A stretch of 64,000 nt of DNA from Mantamonas sphyraenae STR306 (Eukaryota; Protista; CRuMs): the NCBI GenBank assembly GCA_026936335.1, contig JAPMXV010000074.1:1-64000 (forward strand), in the 5' to 3' direction. Every line of letters begins with the position of its first letter. Position 1 is the stretch's first letter. The translations under genes and the position numbers were made by a program. Shown here one piece after another: positions 1 to 10,900 of the stretch. A model generated the notes under the pieces. It worked only from the letters and a program-made list of their open reading frames with translations. It was not told the origin of the DNA and made no database searches.

Positions 1-138
1 CTAACCCTAACCCTAACCCTAACCCTAACCCTAACCCTAACCCTAACCCTAACCTAACCCTAACCCTAACCCTAACCCTAACCCTAACCCTAACCCTAAC
101 CCTAACCCTAACCCTAACCCTAACCCTAACCCTAACCC
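1..138 (+). repeat. Telomeric repeat (CCCTAA)n, i.e. TTAGGG on the minus strand; chromosome left end
   Basis: Near-perfect CCCTAA array from base 1, with one CCTAA variant near 53-58. Confidence 0.98.
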
Positions 139-206
139 TCTAACCCTACTCCTAAGCCCTAAGCTGGGTCTATCCTAGTCCTAATCCTAACCCTAATCCT
201 ACCCCT
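139..206 (+). repeat. Degenerate telomere-variant transition zone
   Basis: Variant units such as CTCTAA, TCCTAA, GCCCTAAG, TCCTAG and CCCCTAA follow the perfect array. Confidence 0.8.
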
Positions 207-336
207 AAATCCAGACTAGCTTAGAGAAAGCCAAGCCCAGAATAGCTTAGAGAAAGCCAAATCCAGAATAGCTTAGAGAAAGCCAAACCCAGAACAGCTT
301 AGAGAAAGCCAAACCCAGAATAACTTAGAGAAAGCC
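207..336 (+). repeat. Subtelomeric 26-bp tandem repeat, 5 copies (consensus AAAYCCAGAATAGCTTAGAGAAAGCC)
   Basis: Units at 207-232, 233-258, 259-284, 285-310 and 311-336, with 1-3 mismatches each and no spacers. Confidence 0.95.
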
Positions 337-342
337 ACAACC

Positions 343-717
343 TGGGTGACGATGGGACAGCTGGATGGCCACTGGTCGTCGCGCTCCCTCCTTATCTACG
401 ACGTAGAGGGGACTGATATGCGGTGTGATCATGTGTATTGTGTGCTAGACGGTGTGTTGGTGTGTGTATGGGTGCGGATGGACATGGATAAGGCGTCAGC
501 GATGCTCCTTTCACAGCTTAGAAAATGTTAAACCTTGTTTGGGTACGGGACGTCCGCGAAGCCACTGATCGCGCCCCCCACTGCTGTACAGGGGTGAGAG
601 CGACTGATTTGCCATGTGATCACGTGTGTCCTGTGTTTAGACAGTGTGTGGATGTCCACATGGGAGTGGATGGACATGCATACGGCGTCGGGGGGTGTCT
701 TTCTATAGCTTAGAAAA
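343..717 (+). repeat. Diverged ~190-bp tandem duplication; each unit ends in AGCTTAGAAAA
   Basis: Shared blocks in the same order in both halves: GCCACTG, GACTGATxTGC..TGTGATCAyGTGT, TAGACrGTGTGT, GGATGGACATG.ATA.GGCGTC, AGCTTAGAAAA (about 515-525 and 707-717). Confidence 0.8.
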
Positions 718-1558
718 CACCGAAACCAGAATGCGCATGTTAAAGGAGCGTGCACTGGCGCCCGTGGGCGTTCTGGATGCCTGAAAAAGGCGTCCATGCG
801 CCGTTGGCATGCCAGAAACGGCGTCGGACCGCGTCTGGAAGCACAGAGAGCGGCGGCGTCGCTTAAACTTAAACCCGGCTCCATATAAACCTTCGTGGTA
901 GTCTGACTTGCTCTGTCTGAGTTTGGTCCGGTCTATGTCTTGTGAGTTGTGCTTGTGTTTGCTGTGTTGTGGCTGAGTTGGGTGGTGACATGGGGCAGTG
1001 TGCAAGTGGTGGGAGTGGAAATGTCCCAGGTGAGTGGCCGTCGTCCTGCAACGACGCGCAGTCAGCGCTGCCCATCCGCCTTCAACCAAAATATCACCAA
1101 CACCCACAACAACCTCCACCAGTCCATCACAATCCATATACACTTCAGTACCACCACCACCGCCATGGACAGAGACTACTCGAGCACTCCGAAGCAACAA
1201 CACACACCCAACACCTACCCAGCGTGCGTTCTGCCTTCCACTCCGTTTTTCTGACTGCCCGCTTCTCCCGCTTCCTTGCCTCCTCCATGCCTCCGTTGCT
1301 TCCCTGCACTCCTCCCCTGCATCTCCACTTGCCCATCACCACCGCCGCTGCCTTTTCCGCTCTTCTTCGTTCCCATCTCCCCTGTCACTGCCCTCCCCTT
1401 TGCCAGTTTCCCGGTCTGCCAATCTCCTCCGTTTTTCCCTCTTTGCTCGTTCCAGCCGCCCTTCACCCCGCTTCTGCTCTGACGGCGTCCATACCGCCTT
1501 CCGCTCACCGTTCCCACCCCGCCCTGCCCCTCACCGTCTCCCACACAGCTACGCGTAC

Positions 1559-4500
1559 ATGGTCCCTCCCATGGCTGCCCAGCCGTTTCCGCACATGCTG
1601 CCCGCCTCTGGCGTACAAATCCCGTACCAGCACCCACAACCACCCATCATCTGGGTCCCTGTCAACACCCACCCCCAGCAACCCCACGCATATGCTCATC
1701 AGGGCCACCCATACTACGCCTACCCTCCTCCGCCGCCTCCTCAGCCGCGACAAACCGCCCAGATGCGCTTCGCTCAGCCTCCGTTGCACCCTCCGCCTGC
1801 TCAACCCACCGGAAACCACAACCGCGTCCCCAAACGCATCAGTCCTGCCTTTGTGGGCATCACACGGACAACATCCACCACCACAACGTCGTCCTCCTCC
1901 AACCAGGCCACACGGCAGACTGGAGACAGCGACGCCGACGACGCAGACCAGGACACCCACACACATGACACCGGCGACGTGGAAGACCTGATGTTTCTCA
2001 ACTTTGGCCACCGTGAACCACGGTCAAACTCCAGCAACTCAGAGTGGATGACCAGTTCATGGATGGAGGCGTACGAAGAAGACGGCGAGGCAAACGACGC
2101 AACCCAGCAGCACGTGGACGACGGGTTGGACACTCAGGGCGCACTCAGTTTCGCAGATATTGATGATGCCATGGATGAGGAGTACATGCTGCAAGACGAC
2201 AGCGACGACGACGCAGACGACATGGAGCAGGAGGACAGGGACGAATGGCAGCCGAGACGCACAAGTAGAGGCCACATACGGCGTCGCAGAGGCCAAAAAC
2301 AGCCGTCGCACTGATCCACAACCGATGAAAGGCAGCGGACAGCGCAGACTCAGGGTCACGGCTGGCAGCGGCACAGAGACAGGAACGTCGAGCACATTGG
2401 CAAGGAGGGCCAAGAACGGAGACACCGGCGCACGGAAGACAGCAGGCGTGAACAAGACCAACAAGTTGCCAGGTGGTGTTGTGCGCAAAGGGTGGACAAA
2501 GGGACACAGTGACGAGCGCAGCCACAGCAACAAGAAGGAGCACATGGCACTGCTGAAGCACATGCACACCCTGGCCAATGAGCATCCTATCGACGACATC
2601 CCCGACCACATGACCCTGCAGGCGCGTGTTGTGGTCTGCCATGGCACCACGACCACGCTGGTCCGACAGATTCAGCTCGCTCTGGGCAACATTCCCCTCT
2701 CCCAGGGCGACGTGGCCCTCTGCCTCACCCTTCTCGGCCATGACGTGGATCAACAGGCGTGCAGTGCTGCCATCCGTGACTCTGGTTTGACCAAGGGTGT
2801 GACAGAGGCTGGGTTGAAGGTGTGCTGGCTGGAGGAGCCACACGACCACGGCGACCCCAACTACGCCCTCCTCCACCTGCTCATGACTGAGATGGACACA
2901 CTTGGCAACAAACCCCATCCCACCACCTGGAAGGAGCACAAGCAGACCCAGCTGTGGCTGCAGAAAGCACGACGCCCTGCTGACAACGACAGCGACCCAC
3001 ACTGGACACAATGCGACTACGACCACCACCTCACCACCGCCAAGGTTGACAAGTGGCATCCTGAGTCTGTGAGAAGTGGCTGGGCAACGCACAATCCCAA
3101 CGACGAGCGTGGCAGCTGCACGGCGCGGGAGTTCCAGTCGCTGATGGCTCATATGAAGGCTCGTGCAGCCAAGCACCCCCGCCATCAGCACACACACGAG
3201 AACTATGCACTGCGTGAGCTAATCAACAACGACAGTCTGAATTCCCTGGTGCGACACATCATCCTGGCGCTGGGCAACGTTGGCGTGCCGCCTGTCGACC
3301 TGGCCTTCTTTGTCCGCCTCCTCAGGCCACATCTCGCTTACCAGCAGGTTCAACGTGCCATCAGCACCACCCTCACACGCGGAGTCACCTCCCTCTCCCT
3401 CAAGATCGCCTGGCTCGACACACCCAAACCCAGCGACGCCACACTGCACACCCTCCTCCACACACTCATCGACCGCATCACACCCCACATCACCAATCGA
3501 CCCACCACCATCGATGCCGTCATCACCCTCGACATCCCCGAGCTTATTCTTCCTGATCCCACAGAGGAGGAGAAGATGGCCGTGGAGGATGGGGTGCCAG
3601 ATGGCGTCGTGCGCAGTGGCTGGACACAGTGGCGCGGGAACGAGCGCATGCACAGCAACAAGAAGGAGCACACGACACTGCTGAACCACATGCACACTCT
3701 GGCCAATGAGCATCCCTTCGACGACATCCCCGACCTGACGACCCTGCAGGCGCGTGTTGTGGTCTGCCATGGCACCCTGTTGACGCTGGTCCGACAGATT
3801 CAGCTCGCTCTGGGCAACATTCCCCTCTCCCAGGGCGACATGGCCTTCTGCCTCACCCTTCTCGGCCATGACGTGGATCAACAGGCGTGCAGTGCTGCCA
3901 TCAAGAACGCTGGTCTGGCCATGGGTGAGACAAAGGCTGGGTTGAAGGTGTGCTGGCTGGAGGAGCCACACGACCACGGCGACCCCATCTACGCCCTCCT
4001 CCACCTGCTCATGACAGAGATGGCCACTCTTGGCGACAGACCCCATCCCACCACCTGGAAGGAGCACAAGCAGACCCAGCTGTGGCTGCAGAAAGCACGA
4101 CGCCCTGTTCACAACGACAGTGACCCACACTGGACACAATGCGACTACGACCACCACCTCACCACCACCACCAAGGTGGAAAACTGGCATCCTGAGTCTG
4201 TGCGCAGTGGCTGGGCATCGCACTCTCCCAGCGACGAGCGAGGCAGCTGCACGGTGCGGGAGTTCCACACGCTGCTGGCACACATGAAGGCACGCGCAGC
4301 CCAGCACCCTCGCCATCAGCACACACACGTGAACCATGCACTGCGTGAGCTCATCAACAACGGCAGTTTGCCGTCCCTGGTGCGACACATCATCCTGGCG
4401 CTGGGCAACGTTGGCGTGCCGCCTGTCGACCTGGCCTTCTTTGTCCGCCTCCTCAGGCCTCAACTCACCTACAGGCAGGTACGCGATGTCATAAGCTACA

Positions 4501-4745
4501 CCCTCACCCGCGGTGTCACCTCCCTCTCCCTCAAGATCGCCTGGCTCGACAACCCCAAACCCAGCGACGCCACCCTGCACACCCTCCTCCACACCCTCAT
4601 CGACCGCATCACACCCCACATCACCACCCGCCCTACCACCGTCGCACTCGTCAACGCCTACCCCATCCCCTCCTTCACCCTGCCCAAGCGCAAAGACCCT
4701 TCCTCCTCCTCCTCCTCCTCCTCCAAACGCCAGCGCCTCGAATGA
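1559..4745 (+). CDS. Uncharacterised probable nuclear protein: Pro/Gln/His-rich and acidic N-terminus followed by four ~185-aa repeats with a winged-helix-like core. ORFs 1034-2314 and 2160-4745 are joined across a 1-nt frame break at A5 (2295-2299); the 5' end is uncertain.
   Basis: Deleting one A gives ...RRRRGQNSRRTDPQPMKG..., which fuses the two ORFs. There is a 1128-bp internal duplication (2469 vs 3597), and basic NLS-like motifs RRRRG and C-terminal KRK...KRQRLE. An upstream exon starting MGQCAS at 990 is possible but unresolved. Confidence 0.7.
2469..4690 (+). repeat. Intragenic ~1128-bp tandem duplication (A-B unit x2)
   Basis: Long near-identical nucleotide stretches between 2469-3560 and 3597-4690. 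Confidence 0.92.
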
Positions 4746-5103
4746 ACCAACTTTCATTCCAGTCACCCACCCCCACCCACTCACCCTCTCATCCTCATCG
4801 GCAGTGTCACCCACCCTTCCCACCCTCATCTCCAAAGTACTCCTCCATCCCTCCCCACCCCACATCGCCTCATCCACCTCCTCCACATACAATGCCACCC
4901 TTCCTCCAACTTCCTCCCACCATCTCCACCGTTTTCATCCTCGGCTTTGCGCCCCACTCCCGCAAAACCTCAACCAACCCCTCCCCCCCCTCCTTTCACC
5001 CCTCTCTCCAGCGCAATCTCCTTCCCCCTCTCCCCTGCAAACCACAGGCACACCCCACTCCCTCAACTCGCTCATCTTCTCCACATCCCCCCCCCCCCAC
5101 GCC

Positions 5104-6154
5104 TCATCCCTCATTCTGACTGCGCACTGGCAGAACATTGATGTCCGCCCCTGCCTCCCACAAGGCCTCCACCACACCCACATGCCCTCTTGCATCTGCC
5201 AACGCAATTGCCGTCACGCCACGGTGCATCATCGCGTGCACATCGGCGCCAGCGCCAAGCAGCACCTCCACCACCTCTACACGCCCCTTCAACGCCGCTG
5301 ACATCAGTGGTGTTTTCTCCATACCAATTTCAGCATGGTTGACGTCGACCCCTGCTTCCACGAGCAAGCGCGCGACGTCAACCGCGATCGCCTCAATCGC
5401 CACGATCAACGGCGTCCCGCCCGAGCCGGTTTCGCCCTCCCTGTCTACCCCCGCATCCAACAAAGCCTGCACCAAATCTGTGTTTCCACTCCAGCACGCC
5501 ATCCGCATCGCGTTGCCTCGGCCTCTGTGCAGTCCCGCGTTTGCGTTCGCCCCCAGCTCCAGCAGCACCAATGCCTCTTTGTACGAACGCGCAAGAATCG
5601 CATGCATAAGTGCTGTCATTCCGTCTGCGTCCACGTCGTCACAGGTCTCGGCTGCGCCGTGCTCCCAGAGCAGTTCGATCATCTTGACCGATTCACCGCG
5701 CGCGTACTTCACGCACAACATCAGCGCGGTCATTCCATCCATCATTACGTGCACGTCTGCCCCCTTTTCCAACAAAGCCCGTGCAATCTCCACCTGTCCG
5801 GCCTGGACAGCGATGAGCAGAGGCGTCCAACCTCCCACGCTTTTGCCCTCCGTCTGCGCCCCCGCCTCCAGCAAGCTTCTTCACCACGCCCACATTTCTT
5901 GCGCTCACTGCCGCGCCCAACGCAGTGTCCTTCATCCAATTCGTCATCTCGATGTCCGCTCCCTGCTCAAGCAGAACCTCCACAACCCGCTCCCTTCCTC
6001 TTGCTGCAGCAAGGAACAATGCCGTCTCCTTTGCCGTTCCTGTGCTCACTGTGTTTACATTCTCGCCCTCTTCAATCAACTCCGACACCCGTTCATCGTC
6101 ACCAGCTGCTGCAGCTTGCAGCAGCGGCGTCCAACCAAACGAGTTGACGCTCAT
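5104..6154 (-). CDS. Ankyrin-repeat protein (~10 repeats) with a 1-nt frame break near 5874 (error or pseudogene)
   Basis: Motifs GWTPLLQAA, ETALFLAAARG, GMTALM and TPLMSAALKG..VVEVLLGAGAD. ORF 5693-6223 ends VVKKL and continues as LEAGAQ in ORF 5104-5874. ATG at 6154. Confidence 0.85.
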
Positions 6155-6250
6155 CAATTCCAGTTTCTTTTGCTCGCCGGGCGCCCCAACACATTCTTTT
6201 TGACGCCCCCCATACCCCTCCACATCCTCTCTCTTCCTCCGAGACCACTA

Positions 6251-6277
6251 CAAAAGCCGCGACCACCCCTTGCGCCA
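6251..6277 (+). promoter_or_regulatory. Conserved bipartite motif CAAAAGCSGCG-N9-TGCGCCA upstream of LEA-like genes (also at 6720-6746 and 7560-7586)
   Basis: Identical 9-nt spacing with variable spacer sequence in all three paralogues. Confidence 0.55.
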
Positions 6278-6322
6278 CTTCAACAACAACGGGGAGAAAA
6301 ACCAAAAACCAAAACTTCAATA

Positions 6323-6592
6323 ATGAGCAGCAACGACAACACAGACATCAAAAAGGACATCCAAGAGGCCAGCACTGCGGCCCAGGAAAAGGTGAGCGAG
6401 GTGACGAACGACGTCTCTGAAGCCGTCAACCCATCCGACACCGACAAGACAAGAAACAACGCTGAGGATGCCTTTGAAAGCCTCAAGGACGCAGGCGCCA
6501 AGGCCTACGACGCCGCCGGCTATGCCAAGGACGCCACTGTGGACGCAGTGTCCAGCATGGTCTCCGGGTCGAGCGAGGAGAAGAACGAGTGA
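6323..6592 (+). CDS. Small LEA-like/hydrophilin protein, copy 1 (89 aa)
   Basis: Rich in A/D/E/K/S/T with no C or W; amphipathic repeats such as AKAYDAAGYAKDA; conserved with copy 2 mainly through synonymous or conservative changes. Confidence 0.8.
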   Translation: MSSNDNTDIKKDIQEASTAAQEKVSEVTNDVSEAVNPSDTDKTRNNAEDAFESLKDAGAKAYDAAGYAKDATVDAVSSMVSGSSEEKNE

Positions 6593-6801
6593 TCGTCAAT
6601 CTTGCCCAAAATGAAAAGTCAATCCCACACCAACAACACCACCCTTCCTTCCTTCAACCCCACACCCCCATCCCCACACCCACATCCCCTCCCAAAAAAA
6701 AAACTCTCCGAGACCAGCACAAAAGCCGCGAAACCCACCTGCGCCACTTCAACCAACAACGGGGAGAAAACCAACAACCAAAACACAACCAAACTTCAAT
6801 T

Positions 6802-7071
6802 ATGAGCACGAACGACAACACAGACATCAAAAAGGACATCCAAGAGGCCAGCACTGCTGCCCAGGAAAAAGCAAGCGAGGTCAAGGACGACGTCACCGAA
6901 GCTGTCGACCCATCCGACACGGACAAGGCGCAGAACAAGGGTGAGGGTGCTCTCGAAAGCCTCAAGGACGCCGGCGCCAAGGCCTACGACGCCGCCGGCT
7001 ATGCCAAGGACGCCACAGTAGACGCCGTGGCCGGCATGGTCTCCGGATCGAGCGAGGAGAAGAACGAGTGA
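6802..7071 (+). CDS. Small LEA-like/hydrophilin protein, copy 2 (89 aa), part of a 479-bp tandem duplication
   Basis: Same length as copy 1 with near-identical termini (MSxNDNTDIKKDIQEAS...GSSEEKNE). Confidence 0.8.
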   Translation: MSTNDNTDIKKDIQEASTAAQEKASEVKDDVTEAVDPSDTDKAQNKGEGALESLKDAGAKAYDAAGYAKDATVDAVAGMVSGSSEEKNE

Positions 7072-7601
7072 TCGTCAATCTTGTCGAATGTCAAAATGAA
7101 AAACCCACACCACCACCCTTCACCCAACCGCCCCACTCCCCCCCCCCCCACCCCACCCCCCAATCCCCACACCCACACCCACACCCACCACACCAACCTC
7201 TCTCCCCTCCGTCCACCCCTGTCGCACCCCTCTCCCCACCTTGTCAATCTTCCGGAAACTCTCCGAACCGGAAAATCGTGTCTCCCCGCCCCCGTCCACA
7301 TACACAACGCCCCACCACCCACAACCGCCCGCATCCCCTTTCCGACACCCCCTACACCCTACCCAACCCCCTCACCACCACCGCAAACCCACAAATGCAC
7401 CGTCTGCGCGCGTACACGAATTTTCCCACATTCCGGCTCATTCCTCAAACACCTCCCCCCACCCCGCCCCACTCTCCACGCCTGTCCCCACACGCCCCCG
7501 AGCCCACCTACCATTCCAACACCCTCCATTCCCACCCATGCCTCTGCCCACCCAACCTTCAAAAGCGGCGCCGACCCTTTGCGCCAGCGCCACAAAAAGA
7601 A

Positions 7602-7926
7602 ATGTCGGACGACCAAGACCTCAAGCAAACCATTCAAAACACATCCACCGAAGCCCAGGAGACCGTCAAGGACCTCGCCTCCTCTGCCGCAGACACTGCC
7701 AAGGAGACCACCGACACAATCATGGACCGCGTCGACCCGGAAAACACAATCTCCGACACCACCATGGACGCCTACAACTCCACCAAAGGACGCCATGGCA
7801 TCCGCTGCCGACACTGTATCATCCACCGCCAAATCTGCGGCCTCCACCATCTCCGAGTCCACCGTCCAGGCCTTTGACTCGGTCCAAGACTTTGCCCAAG
7901 ATCAGCTCGACTCCTCCACCACGTAA
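7602..7926 (+). CDS. Diverged third LEA-like paralogue (~107 aa) with a frame break at AAA 7785-7787
   Basis: MSDDQDLKQTIQNTSTEAQETVKD aligns with DIKKDIQEASTAAQEK. Removing one A restores STKDAMASAADTV...DSSTT*. Confidence 0.7.
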
Positions 7927-7935
7927 ACCTGCATT

Positions 7936-7970
7936 CCCTCTCCTCTCCTCTCCTCTCCTCTCTCCTCTCC
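7936..7970 (+). repeat. (CTCTC)n microsatellite between convergent stop codons
   Basis: Visible pentamer run. Confidence 0.7.
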
Positions 7971-7971
7971 A

Positions 7972-10900
7972 TCACGCACGGTTCATCTTTGCCTTCATCG
8001 CACCCGCCTTGCCATCCACCCACATCTTGAACGCCGGGTTCTTCCAGTACATCACTCCTGCGCCCACCGCGCCCACAAACAGCACGCTGCCAATCACAAT
8101 GCCTGCAATCTGCCCTGCCGTCAGCCCCAGCGGTCCTGCCGGGGGTCCGTCGTACCTGGGCGGCACAGGCGTCTGCGGGTAGCATTCCGTCTCTGGCAGT
8201 GCCTCGCACGCAAACGTGTCGTTGCACAGGTTGCTCGCCTGCAGACAAGTCTGCCTGCACACAGGCACTGCGCCCACGTCTCCATGGCATCCCGGAAACA
8301 CAGATGCGCATGCAAACAGCTTCATCGCGCTGTCGCACATCTCGCTCGTCTTGTTCGTGCGCTTGTCAAAACGCGCCTTGGCCTCGTTGTCCACCGCCGC
8401 ATAGTCGCCTCCGGCTCCCAGCGTGCCCACCATCCACGTCACCGTGCCTGTGCAGAATCCGCTCGGCACCACCTCGCTCAACACCTGGCACTTGGCCATC
8501 GATTTGGCCACGCGCCCGCTTCCGTCCACACCCGACGACGCACCATGCACTGCCCTCAGCCCGCGCGCACGCACCAGCCCGTCACGGAACGCCTCCACCT
8601 TGCTCACGCCTCCGTTTGTGTTGCCCACCGTGTACACCGTCTGCTTGTGCTCCACCGCTCCGTACACCGTGTTGCCGTCGTTGTCCACCTCTTCCATCTC
8701 CAGACTCGCGTAGTAGAACCGCGCCACGTCGTTGATCCCGCTCGTTCCGAACGGCGACGAGAACGAGCCCAACACAAGCAGGTGGTCGCCCATGTCCAGC
8801 AACGCTTCAACCCCGCTCGACATCGTGTCCGTCAGCGACGGCATCATCTTTTCCAGCTTGCCCGTCCACTCGTTCCAGCGCGTCAGGTACGAGTAGCCCA
8901 GCGTCTCGCTCTTCAGCGACACCGATCCTGCCACAAGCAGCTTCCCGCTCGCGACCATCGCCAGGCTGTACACGGTTCCGCTCACGCGCCCGTTCACGTT
9001 CTCCATGGCCATCCACTTGCCCGTCGCAAGCGAGTACCGCGCCAGGTTCTGCAGGTTCTCCGACGTCGACGAGTACACCGCACGTCCAGAGAACGAGCCG
9101 CCCACGTACACGTACGACCCGTCGCTCGTGATCGTCTCCACCGTCGAGCCCAGCCCGCCGTCCATCGGCGTCCACTCCCACGTCGTCACGTCGATGCGCA
9201 TGATGCGCGAATACAGCGTGCTGTCCACGCCCGATCGCGTACCCTGCCCACCCACGTACAAGTAGTTGCCGCTCTTGTGCGCCGCACGCATCGTGCTTGA
9301 CAGATCTCCTCCAGGCAGCGGCATAAACACCTCCCGCTCCAAATCAAACAGCACTGCGAACCGTCCGGGCGAAGAAAACTGGCCCACAATGACCATCGTC
9401 GTTGCGCTCACCATTTCCATGTCGTACACGCCCGAGTTCACCGACGTCGTGATCGCGCCCTTGTCGAATCCAAACGTCGTTTGGGTCGCGCCGTTGCTCG
9501 TCACGTTGTACTTGTAGAACGACTGGCCCGTCCTGGCGCCCACCCACAGGTTGCCCTTGTAGCACACCATCGCACGCACCTCCCCGGTCGAGAGGCCGGG
9601 CACAAGGCGGAACCCGTCCACGCTCGAGATGAACAGGTACACGCCGTTCGACGTGCCCACATACAGCTCGCCCGCGCAGTCCACCGCACTGTAGCCAATC
9701 CCCGTCAGTCCGTTTGACGACGACGTCGACATCGGCTCCACGTTGCCCGTCTCAGGGTTGAACCGCGCAATGTAGTTCGACGACACGCCGCCCACCTGGT
9801 TCGTAAACTGGCCCAGCAGCAGCACCTCGGTTGCAGAACGCACGTACGTCCCATACACGTTGCTCGACAGCGCAGTCGCGTGCGTGTTCAGCTCCAGCTT
9901 GCCCGTCGCCACGTCCACAACCACCATCCGCGACAGCGCCGTCCTTCCAATCACAGACGACGCGCCGCCCACGTACAGGTACTTGCCCTTCACAACCAGC
10001 GCCTTTGCCGTCGCACTCAGGTACACGTCCTGGTCGTCCGTCAAACCGCGCACCCCCTGTGTCTCCAAGTCCAAGCGCGCCACAGATCCCAGCAGCCGGT
10101 TGCTCAACGACGTCCCCGACATGCCCACATACACCGTCGTCCCGTTGCGTGCCAGCGACGTCACCGTCGTCCATTCGTTGCACCCCATTCCTTCCATCTT
10201 CATCTGCGCCCCCTCTTGCTTCACAAGGAACCGTGCCGCATAGTCCACTCCTGCAAACGACCCGCCAAACAGCGCAGACTCGCCGTACGCCATCATCGTG
10301 TTCACCGTGCTCGACACGTCGTACCTTGCATCTCGCGCCACGTCCCACGCCGTTCCGTTGAACACCGCCGCCTTCCCGTTCGAGTGCTTCACGTTCACGC
10401 CCTCCGGCTGGTTGAACGTACCGCCTGCCATCAGGCCACGCACGCTGCCCGCCAGTGCAAACACTGTCGAGTCCAGCCCAGAGCCCAGCCCGCGGAACTT
10501 GTTTGTGAATCGCTTCGTTCCCTCGTCCCACGCGCTCACGCTGCCCGTCTGCGCCCCGTACACGGTGTGCTCTCCATACGTGCACCTCCACGTACCTGCG
10601 CTCACCACGCCGTACGCGCTGCCCGAAAACTCCGGCTGGCCTTCGCCCACCGCAACAAACGAATTGTTCGCTGCGATGTACTTGGCCACACGCGACGCAC
10701 GCGTCACAGACCCGTCTCCGTTGCGCACGTAGCCAAACGTACCACTCACCCACGCGTCTCCGTTGGCCATCGGCATTACACCGTACACCGTGCTCCCAAA
10801 CAAATTGTCTTGCAGGCCCAGCTGCATCCACTTGCCCGTGCTGCGCGTGTACTTCGCCACACGTCCCGCAACTCCAGAAATAGTAAACGTGCCCGCCGCA

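Noticed and set aside
207-336. 26-bp repeats as a CRISPR array
   Set aside because: The units are head-to-tail with no unique spacers, there are no cas genes, and the context is a eukaryotic telomere.
1034-4745. ORF1/ORF2 overlap as a telomeric retrotransposon gag-pol
   Set aside because: No RT (YxDD context), endonuclease, integrase or zinc-knuckle motifs; a single-base correction gives one ORF.
4746-5100. Pro/Ser/His-rich ORFs in C-rich spacers (also 7080-7600, 27720-28090 and 28600-29290)
   Set aside because: Low-complexity C-rich DNA lacks stop codons by composition, and some of these stretches are introns.
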